64,000 bases of DNA from an uncultured Acidimicrobiaceae bacterium (GTDB taxonomy: Bacteria; Actinomycetota; Acidimicrobiia; Acidimicrobiales; Bog-793), in assembly GCA_963779425.1 (NCBI GenBank), contig CAVZYD010000004.1, forward strand, positions 189,849 to 253,848, given 5' to 3'. This document shows positions 1 to 8,020 of the stretch, one piece after another. Position 1 is the first letter of the stretch. Every line of letters starts with the position of its first letter. The notes beneath the pieces are model-generated. The model was given only the letters and a program-made list of their open reading frames with translations, ran no database searches and was not told the origin of the DNA. The position numbers were made by a program, and so were the translations under genes.

Positions 1-870
1 CTAAAGGCACGTCTGGCCGATGCCGCGCTCGGGTCGGCCCGCCTCTTGCTGTCGGAGGTCGACGGTGTCCAAGTGGCGTTCCCTCTCGACGGCGACTTCG
101 GCTTCGCCCCAGGTTTTCGACCCGCGCTCGCTCACGCCACAGCCAAGAAGACCGCCCCGGCGGGTTCGATCATCGACATCCAGCCGATCGCCGCGCCGGG
201 GCCGACTCTGGCCGTGGCGGGCTGTGACCCTGCCCTGGCTCTCCTGGCCGGGCCGCTCGAACGCCACCGGCCGCCCACGAGCCTCGTTTGGTGGTCGTGC
301 AACAACATGGCCAGCCGGCGCCTGCTCGAGGCCGGCACGGTGCACGCTGCCGCCGTCCACCGTCGTGCCGACGAGCAGCCGAGTCGCCCGTCAGGCCACG
401 AGGTCGTCGGCTTTGCGGCCTGGCGTGAGGGACTCGTCGTCGCCGAGCGCTACGCCGACGCGGTGCACTCACTCGCCGATGCGCTCGAGCTCGGCCTTGT
501 CCTCGTCAACCGGGAACCCGGCTCGGAGGCTCGCCGGCTGCTCGACGTCGCCCTCCACGAGCTCGGTGTCGACCCGGCCGGCCTGACCGGCTATGACAGC
601 GCCTGCAGCGCCCACCTGCTCGTGGCGTCCTCGATTGCGGCAGGACTGGCCGACATCGGGGTCACGAGCGAGCCAGCAGCGTTGGCCTACGGGCTCGGCT
701 TCGTGCCGTGGCAGGAGGAGATCTGCGAGCTGCATGTGCCCCGCTCGCTGCTCGGCACACCAGAGGTCCGGGCTCTGCTGGACGTGCTCGCCGGCAGGGA
801 GCTCACCGCCCAGTTGAGTGCCATCGCCGGCTACGACGCCGAGCCGTGCGGCCGGGTGCTGGAGGCGTAG
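1..870 (+). CDS. PBP-like (pfam12727-type) substrate-binding-domain regulator, 5'-partial
   Basis: The frame is open from base 1. Contains GCDPALALLAG, LVNREPGSEARRLLD and GLADIGVTSEPAALAYGLGFVPWQEE, typical of the PBP-like domain fused to HTH regulators or MoeA-type proteins. Confidence 0.6.
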   Translation, partial: LKARLADAALGSARLLLSEVDGVQVAFPLDGDFGFAPGFRPALAHATAKKTAPAGSIIDIQPIAAPGPTLAVAGCDPALALLAGPLERHRPPTSLVWWSCNNMASRRLLEAGTVHAAAVHRRADEQPSRPSGHEVVGFAAWREGLVVAERYADAVHSLADALELGLVLVNREPGSEARRLLDVALHELGVDPAGLTGYDSACSAHLLVASSIAAGLADIGVTSEPAALAYGLGFVPWQEEICELHVPRSLLGTPEVRALLDVLAGRELTAQLSAIAGYDAEPCGRVLEA

Positions 871-880
871 CCTGCAAGAG

Positions 881-3665
881 ATGGCTTCCCACTACGACGC
901 GGGCGGGCATCGGCGCGACGCCGTCCAGCTCGGCACGGCCCGCCTTCGGGTGAACGTCGTCCCCCACACGCACTGGGACCGTGAGTGGTACTCGCCGTTT
1001 CGCAGCTTCCAGCTTCGTCTTGTCCGGCTCGTGGACAAGCTCCTCGGCCTCATGGAATCGGACCCCTCCTATGGCCGATTCCTCTTCGATGGTCAGATGG
1101 CAGCCATCGACGACTACCTCGAGGTCCGCCCTGAGAACGAGGCCCGCCTGCGCCGCCTCGGCTCCTCAGGACGGATCAGCTTCGGGCCCTGGTACGTCCT
1201 CATGGACGAGTTCCTCGTCTCCGGGGAGACGATCGTGCGCAACCTGCAGCTCGGCCTCGAGCGGGCGGCCGCCTTCGGGGGGGCCATGGAGATCGGCTAT
1301 CTGCCCGACATGTTCGGCCACGTGGCCCAGATGCCCCAGATACTCAAGGCGGCTGGCTTTGTCGACGCCGTCGTCTGGCGAGGCGTGCCCTCGGCCATCG
1401 ACAAGACCGCTTTCTCGTGGCAATCCCCGGACGGCTCGGCCGTGCGCGCCGAGTACCTGCCCGACGGCTATTCGGCCGGTGCTTTCCTCGGAGCAGACGC
1501 CAAGGCCTTCGTGCGACGCCTCGAAGCTTTCTCGGAAAAGCACGCGGACTTCCTCATGGCGGGCGCTGCGGTGCTCTTCCCTAACGGGACCGACCACCAA
1601 GAGCCACAACCCTGGCTGGGCCGGGTCGTGGCAGAGGCCAACGCCGTCCAGGACCGTTTCGAGATCGTGATCTCGTCACTGCCCGACGCGCTCGCGACGG
1701 CTCCCCGCTCGGGCCTTCCCAGCTGGCAGGGCGAGCTCCGCTCGGGCGCCAGGGCGAACCTCTTGATGGGCGTCGCCTCCAACCGCGTCGACATCAAACA
1801 GGCGGCCGCCCGCGCCGAGCGAAGCCTCGAGCGCCTCGCCGAACCGCTGGCGGCTCTTTTGCTGGCGCCTCGGGACTACCCCGAGTCGCTGCTGCAGATC
1901 GCCTGGCGGGAGGTGGTCCGCAACTCCGCCCATGACTCGATCTGCGCCTGCTCGCACGACGAGGTCGGTGCCGCCGTGCTGGAGCGTTATGCCGAGGCGA
2001 CACGGATCGCCGAAGGGGTCGTCGGACGAGCCCTGCAAGTGCTCCCTTCAGCCTTGTCGGCACCTTGCCACCTGGCCGTGAATCCGTTCGCTGGCCGCCG
2101 TTCCGGGGTGATCGAGCTGATCCTCGGTGGAAAAGGGCCTATCGAGGGCGCTCAGGTCCTCGACGAGCGCATCGGGCTCGCGGCCGATCTCGTGCTTACC
2201 ACCACCGAGGTGCGCGCCGTGCTTTCCCAGCTCGGCACCCAGGACCAGATGGGCGACGGCGCCTATGTCGCGGGGGTGGAAGTTGCAGAGGACGACACCA
2301 GCATCGCCATCGCCGTGCGGTTGGCGCCGGAACGTTCCAAGGACTTGCCCATCGAGCAGATAAAGAGCGACCTGCTCGCCCGTTTCGCCCTCCGCCCCGA
2401 CGCCCAAGTGAAAGTGAGGCTCGATCAGGCTTCGTCCCGCCGGGTTCTGGTACGTGTCGAGGACGTCCCGGGCTTTGGCTGGAAAGCCTGGAGCCCCGCG
2501 CCGCTCGCCGACCCGGTGACGGCCACGACGGGCTCTGACGGCACCCTCGTCTCCAATTCGCTCGTGCGCCTCGAGATCTCCCCCCTCGACGGCACTTTCG
2601 CCCTGAACGGCCTGGCGGGCTTCAACAAGCTGATCGACTCAGGGGACTTCGGCGACACCTACAACTACTCACCGCCCGAGCACGACCTCGTCGTCGACGC
2701 TCCCGAACACGTCGACTTGTCGTTGATCGAATCGGGCCCCGTCCGCGCCGTAGCCCTCGTCGAGCGCACCTACCGATGGCCTCAGCACATCGACGAGGCC
2801 GCGTCGCGCCCGCTCGGGCGAACGGGCTGTCGTCGTGAGCTCGCGGATCGAGGTGCGCGCCGGGGAACAACTGGTCCGGGTCACGACGAGTTTTGACAAC
2901 ACCTGCCGGGACCACAGGCTGAGGGTGTGGTTCCCCCTGCCCGAGCCGGCGGACCATTCGAGCGCCGAGTGCGCTTTCGACATCGTCGAGCGTGGGCTCA
3001 TAGCCGAAGGTGGCCCGAGCGAGCGGCCCCTTGCCACCTATCCTTCGCGCCGCTTCGTGCAAGCCGGCCACCTGAGCGTCTTCCACGAAGGGCTGAGCGA
3101 GTACGAGCTCGTCGACCTCCTCGAGGCAGGAGAACCCGGTAGCGGGATCTTTGCGGCGCATGGCCTGGCATTGACCCTGCTGCGGGCGACGGGCATGCTC
3201 TCCCGGCTCACGATGCTGAACCGCCCTCTGCCGGCCGGGCCGGTCGATCCGCTCGAGGGCCCGCAGCTGCAAGGTCCTCTCAAGATGCGCTATGGCGTGG
3301 CAATCGGCGTAAAGAACCCATACCCGCTCGCCGACGTTGCCTTTTGCGATCTCCCGGTCGTGTCGAGCCTCGGAGGGGGCAAGCTCGCGCTCGAAGCCTC
3401 GATGCTCTCGGTGAGCGGCGCCGAGATGAGCGCGCTTCGTCGCGTGCCGGGAGGCGCACTCGAGGTCCGCCTGTTCAACCCCACAGCCACGACGACTCGC
3501 GTCGAGCTGCGCAGCGGCACGGAGACCGGCTTGGACCCGCACGCGCCCGGTGCCTTGCTGCGGGGCCAGCTCGTCGATCTGCGCGGCCGGCATGTCGCAG
3601 ACTTCGAGGGGTCCTTCGAGCTCGGCCCGCACCGAATCGCCACAGCGAGACTCGCCGAGAAGTGA
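881..3665 (+). pseudogene. GH38 alpha-mannosidase (mannosylglycerate-hydrolase-like), interrupted by one frameshift near 2800-2825
   Basis: N-terminal VVPHTHWDREWY and GYLPDMFGH motifs are in the frame of ORF 818..2896. The C-terminal SSRIEVRAGEQLVRVTTSFDNTCRDHRLRVWFPLP continues in the frame of ORF 2835..3665. The first frame ends in Arg/Gly-rich junk after ...WPQHIDEAA. Confidence 0.8.
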
Positions 3666-3672
3666 CAGCGCC

Positions 3673-4239
3673 GTGACCGTAGGCGCCGTGGTCGTGCCTG
3701 TGAAGTCTTTCCGTGCCGCGAAGCTGCGCCTGGCGACTGTGCTCGACACAAACGCCCGAGAGGCGCTGGCACGCGATCTTGCCTCGAGGGTGCTCCGCGC
3801 GGCTGCTCCCCTTCCCGTCCTTGTCGTCTGCGACGACGACGAAGTCGCCACCTGGGCCGTCGACCACGGCGCCCGAGTGGCTTGGACGCCAGGGCTGGGT
3901 CTCTCGGCAGCCGTCATGGCGGGCGTGAGCCAGCTAGCCGAAGAGGGTACCGAGCTCGCGGTCGTCGCCCACGCCGATCTCCCCTTCGCCACAGGACTGG
4001 CGGCACTCGGAAACGCCGGCGCGGTCACCCTGGTCCCGGACCGTCGTCGTGACGGGACGAACGTGGCGGTGGTGCCCACCGGCGCGGCCTTCTGTTTCGC
4101 TTACGGGGCGGGGAGCTTCGAGCGTCACCGTGCAGAGGCGGCCCGGCTCGGTCTTTCGTGCGAGATCGTCTACGACCGGCGGCTCGCCATCGACATAGAC
4201 CTGCCCGAGGACCTGGCGTTCCTCGACGTGGCAACCTGA
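3673..4239 (+). CDS. cofC: 2-phospho-L-lactate guanylyltransferase (F420 biosynthesis)
   Basis: GTG start 8 nt after the mannosidase stop. Contains VVPVKSFRAAKLRL, AHADLP and PDRRRDGTNV motifs. Confidence 0.7.
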   Translation: MTVGAVVVPVKSFRAAKLRLATVLDTNAREALARDLASRVLRAAAPLPVLVVCDDDEVATWAVDHGARVAWTPGLGLSAAVMAGVSQLAEEGTELAVVAHADLPFATGLAALGNAGAVTLVPDRRRDGTNVAVVPTGAAFCFAYGAGSFERHRAEAARLGLSCEIVYDRRLAIDIDLPEDLAFLDVAT

Positions 4240-4243
4240 CCTC

Positions 4244-4969
4244 ATGGAGTCCAACCTTGCCTTGCCTTCTCGGGCGCTAGCCGTGGGAGCGCATCCTGAC
4301 GACGTCGAGTTCGGCTGCGGCGGCACGCTCGCAAAATGGGTGGCCAGCGGCTGCGAGATCTTCCATCTCATCTGTACCGACGGTTCGAAGGGGACCTGGG
4401 ACCCGGCCCATGACCCGGCCGAGCTCGTCGTCATGCGACGCGAAGAGCAAAGGGCCGCCTCGTTGGCCCTCGGCGGCAAGGGGGAGGTGATATTCCTCGG
4501 TTGGCCCGACGGTGAGCTCGAGTCAGGTTTGCGCCAACGTTTCGAGGTCGCCGCCTACATCCGAAAGCTCAAGCCCGAGGTCATCTTGGGCCATGACCCA
4601 TGGAAGCGTTACCGGCTGCACCCTGACCACCGAAACGCCGGTTTTCTCGTCACCGACGGGATCGTGGCCGCTCGTGATCCGCTTTTTTTTCCTGAGCTCG
4701 ACGACCCGCCGCATCGGGCGAAGACTCTGCTCTTGTTCGAGGCGGACGAGCCGGACCATCTCGAGGACGTGAGCGATTTCGTCGACGCCAAGCTCGCCGC
4801 GCTCTTGCAACACAAAAGTCAGTTGCGCTCGACCATGGGGATCGCCGAGGAGGGGGCGCATCCTCAAGTCCTGGAATTCAAACGCCGGATCACCGATCGG
4901 CTCGCCGATATCGGCCGTGAGGGCGGTTTCGCCGCAGCAGAGGCTTTCAAGCGCATCGAGAACCTCTGA
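4244..4969 (+). CDS. PIG-L/LmbE family deacetylase
   Basis: AVGAHPDDVEFGCGGT and HPDHRNAG motifs. ATG lies 4 nt after the cofC stop. Confidence 0.8.
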   Translation: MESNLALPSRALAVGAHPDDVEFGCGGTLAKWVASGCEIFHLICTDGSKGTWDPAHDPAELVVMRREEQRAASLALGGKGEVIFLGWPDGELESGLRQRFEVAAYIRKLKPEVILGHDPWKRYRLHPDHRNAGFLVTDGIVAARDPLFFPELDDPPHRAKTLLLFEADEPDHLEDVSDFVDAKLAALLQHKSQLRSTMGIAEEGAHPQVLEFKRRITDRLADIGREGGFAAAEAFKRIENL

Positions 4970-5055
4970 GGCACCGCTTGGATACGCGACGAGGCCTCGC
5001 AGCACGACGTGCGCTGCGAGGCCTCGCGATAAAGGCTTGTTACAGGATAAAACGC

Positions 5056-5565
5056 CTAGCGAGCAGCCTTCCTCGCAGGTGCCTTCTTGGCGGGTGCCTT
5101 CTTGGCGGGTGCCTTTGTAGCTGGCGCCTTCTTGGCCGGAGCGGCCTTCTTGGCCGGAGCGGCCTTCTTGGCCGGAGCGGCCTTCTTGGCCGGAGCGGCC
5201 TTCTTGGCCGGAGCGGCCTTCTTGGCCGGAGCGGCCTTGACGGCACTGGCGACCGAGTTAACTACCGGCTTCGGCTTCTCCAACGCGGTACGCGAGTTGA
5301 GGTCCTTCTTGAGCCCCGCGCCAGCGGCAAAGCCGATGCCCTTGGATGCCTTGATCCGCACGGGCGCCCCGGTCTGCGGGTTGCGACCACGCCGTGCCGC
5401 ACGGTCCCGGACCTTGAAGGTTCCAAAGCCCGTGATCCGGACGGTGTCATTGCCTCGTAGTGCCGAGGTGACTACGTACTCGAACCCTTCCAGTCCGCTT
5501 TCCGCCTGCTTTGTCGTCAGCCCGGTGATTCTGCTCACCTCGCCGATTAGTTCTGTCCTATTCAA
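5056..5565 (-). CDS. hupB: HU histone-like DNA-binding protein with Lys/Ala/Pro repeat C-terminal tail (HupB/Hlp type)
   Basis: The HU fold sequence is NRTELIGEV...RITGFGTFKVRDRAARRGRNPQTGAPVRI. TTG start at 5565 has a GGAGG 5 nt upstream. The tail carries AAPAKK x6 plus PAKKA units. Confidence 0.85.
   Translation of the reverse strand: MNRTELIGEVSRITGLTTKQAESGLEGFEYVVTSALRGNDTVRITGFGTFKVRDRAARRGRNPQTGAPVRIKASKGIGFAAGAGLKKDLNSRTALEKPKPVVNSVASAVKAAPAKKAAPAKKAAPAKKAAPAKKAAPAKKAAPAKKAPATKAPAKKAPAKKAPARKAAR
5067..5240. repeat. Coding tandem repeat: six exact 18-bp units (ccttcttggccggagcgg, 5127-5234) preceded by degenerate 15-bp units
   Basis: Read directly in the sequence. It encodes the AAPAKK tail of hupB on the minus strand. 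Confidence 0.9.
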
Positions 5566-6170
5566 TTTCGCCTCCTGGCATGTTGTCCGACCCTCATGCA
5601 ATACAAGGTGATTTTCCCGCGGAAATCAAGCATTCCCCCCAAAGGTCCGCTCGAGCCCTTTATTCTACGGCCTGTTCAGGCTTCAGCCTTTGGATCATGG
5701 GCTTTTTAAAGCCAAAGTTATGCCAGCAAATATAAGGGTATTCTCCACACCCTCACCGTTTGGCGCCCTTTGTGGTCCCTCGAAACGACTTCCGCCTCGA
5801 CCAGTGCCAAAACGCCCCGGCGAGGCTTGAATTTCGCAATTTTCCCGTCGGCGGGCGCGCCGGCGACTCTGAAGGGCGAAATCGCCCGGTACGACTCGCA
5901 GGCTCAGCCGGGACAAATCGCGCCCCAAAGGCCGTCTCGTGTCTCAATCGCTGCCAACACTTTCCCGCTGCCGGCCGGTCTGGGCGTCCTCAGGGCCAAA
6001 GGGTGCACAGTGCCGACGCCAGCGCCGAGTCATGAAAGACGGCTTTCGGTCGAGCCTGCGCCATGGGCCAGAGCGCTCATTTCGTGGGAGGCACTGGAAT
6101 GACCGTCTCAACACCCGGGAGGATGATCGGCGTGATGTCGGCCGGTAGGAACTGGCACTAGGACTCGGTT

Positions 6171-7664
6171 GTGGCCGAGCCGCCTCCTGATCGCCTTGCT
6201 CTCGTGCTCGCGACATCAAAGCTGCACGGTCACGGTATCTATCTGGGCAGCTCACTCAGGGATCCCGCCATCCCCCTTTTCGCCCGCCCGCAGGACGGTG
6301 TTCTCTTGCTCGGGCCGCCACGCTCCGGAAAAACGGCCGCAGTGGTCGTCCCGAACGTACTCGCGGCGTGCGGGGCGGTGATAGCTGCTTCCACCAAGGC
6401 GGACCTGCTCGCGACGACCTGGGCCGCCCGATCCCAGGTGGGTCCCGTGTATCTCTACGACCCGAGCGGCTCTGTAGCGTGCCCACCGGGCGTGACTCGT
6501 GTCGGGTGGTCGCCACTCGGCCTCGCGAGTACCTGGGACGGTGCCGTCTCTGTCGCCGAGTCCATGGTGCGCTCGGCGCGCCCGGGCAGCGATCGGGGCG
6601 AGGCTTCGCACTGGAGCGAGCGCGCCGGGGCACTGCTCGCGGTCGTCTTGCACGCTGGAGCCCTCGAACAACGGCCCTTTCGGGAAGTGCTGGCCACCGT
6701 GAACCGGCACGATCCCGACGAGGCCAGGGCCGCGCTCGCTCGTTGCGGAGCTGACCGTGCCCTCGATCTCCTGGAAGGGATCGTCGCCACCGAGGGGCGC
6801 GAACAAAGCGGGATCTGGTCCACAGCCTCGGGAGTCCTTGCGGGCTATCGGACCGACGCAGCTCTCGAATCCACCGAGGGAAGACTGCTCGATGTGACCG
6901 AGCTGCTTGAGAACCGGGGAACCCTTTACCTTTGTGCCGGAAGCGACCAGCAACGACAAGCCGCTCCCCTCGTCGCGGGGCTCTTGCGAGAGGCGCGCAC
7001 GGCCGCCTACCAACGCTCACAAGCGGCGACGCTCGATTTCGGTGAAGACAGGACTGAGCCGTTTGCAAGCTCGCCGCGGGGGTACCAAAGAGCTCCGCTT
7101 CTCCTCGTCTTGGACGAATTGGCCAACATCGCCCCTCTCCATGACCTCCCGACGCTCGTGGCCGAGGGAGGCAGCCAAGGAGTCGTGACGCTGGCCTGCC
7201 TGCAGGATTTGTCCCAGGCTCGGGCGCGATGGGACCGCGAAGCGGACGGTTTCTTGTCGCTTTTTGGGACCAAGCTCATCTTTCCGGGCATCGGCGACAC
7301 ACGCACGCTAGAAGCGGTATCGCTGTTGGCCGGTGAGCACGAGGTGCCGACCGTATCTCTCTCAGACGGCCCGCGACGGCGCGGACTCGGCGCTTTTGCG
7401 CGAAGCACGACCCGGACCGTGTCAACCCGTAAGGAGCGCGCCCTTCCCGTCGACGCCATCGCACGCGGCTGTCCCGGGCTCGTCCTTGGCATCGAGGGCG
7501 CGGAACCTGGTTCCCTGCGGATGACGCCCTGGTTCTCAAGCTCTCCGTGGCGGGAAACGGTCCTGGAGGCTCGGACGCGGGCACAACAGCTCCAAGGTGT
7601 CGGGGCCCCCGGCGTCGCGGTACGAGCCATCTCAAGTCGCGGCCGGGCTGTGGGCATCGGCTGA
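6171..7664 (+). CDS. Type IV coupling protein-like ATPase (TraG/TraD/VirD4 family), no N-terminal TM segments
   Basis: Walker A is LLLGPPRSGKT and Walker B is LLLVLDELANI. The region HWSERAGALL...GGSQGVVTLACLQDLSQ...LFGTKLIFPG is typical of T4CPs. Confidence 0.7.
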   Translation: MAEPPPDRLALVLATSKLHGHGIYLGSSLRDPAIPLFARPQDGVLLLGPPRSGKTAAVVVPNVLAACGAVIAASTKADLLATTWAARSQVGPVYLYDPSGSVACPPGVTRVGWSPLGLASTWDGAVSVAESMVRSARPGSDRGEASHWSERAGALLAVVLHAGALEQRPFREVLATVNRHDPDEARAALARCGADRALDLLEGIVATEGREQSGIWSTASGVLAGYRTDAALESTEGRLLDVTELLENRGTLYLCAGSDQQRQAAPLVAGLLREARTAAYQRSQAATLDFGEDRTEPFASSPRGYQRAPLLLVLDELANIAPLHDLPTLVAEGGSQGVVTLACLQDLSQARARWDREADGFLSLFGTKLIFPGIGDTRTLEAVSLLAGEHEVPTVSLSDGPRRRGLGAFARSTTRTVSTRKERALPVDAIARGCPGLVLGIEGAEPGSLRMTPWFSSSPWRETVLEARTRAQQLQGVGAPGVAVRAISSRGRAVGIG

Positions 7665-7864
7665 GCGCCACGATCGGGCGATAGCCCCGATGGCGAGCCG
7701 GAGCTCCAAGCGGTTGGCGAAGGACCGCCAGCCGATCACAGCGAGGTGAGGAACTCGCGGCTCGTTCGTCCTTTCCGCCCGACGCGCCAGTCGCGACCAA
7801 AGCGCGGCGGTGAACTGGCAAGTTCTGGGCAACCCGGGTCGTTGAGCTGTTTAATCCGGGACCG

Positions 7865-7920
7865 AGCACTCTCTGGCGGAGATTGGCAACCCTCTCCCAA
7901 TTCGAGCCAGGGAGAGTGCT
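7865..7920. other. Long imperfect hairpin (9 bp + 2-nt bulge + 4 bp outer stem; inner ATTGG/CCAAT stem)
   Basis: AGCACTCTCTGGC (7865-7877) pairs with GCCAGGGAGAGTGCT (7906-7920). It sits in the 356-bp gap between the T4CP and the FtsX permease. Confidence 0.5.
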
Positions 7921-8020
7921 GGTACGAAGTTCCAGGTACGGGTAACCACCCCGACGACTGCCGTTCACGACACCAGACTTCATCCATGTTGCTCAGCCGC
8001 GACATCTTCGGAAGTCCTTC

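Noticed and set aside
2622-4079. Long antisense ORFs opposite real genes: 2622..4079(-), 27197..28693(-), 31014..32096(-), 33917..34771(-), 36573..37739(-), 37736..38545(-), 7276..7983(-) and 11208..12059(+).
   Set aside because: Their composition is Arg/Pro/Gly/Ser-rich and they have no recognisable motifs. They lie opposite ORFs with clear family signatures. These are the usual stop-poor shadow frames of high-GC DNA.
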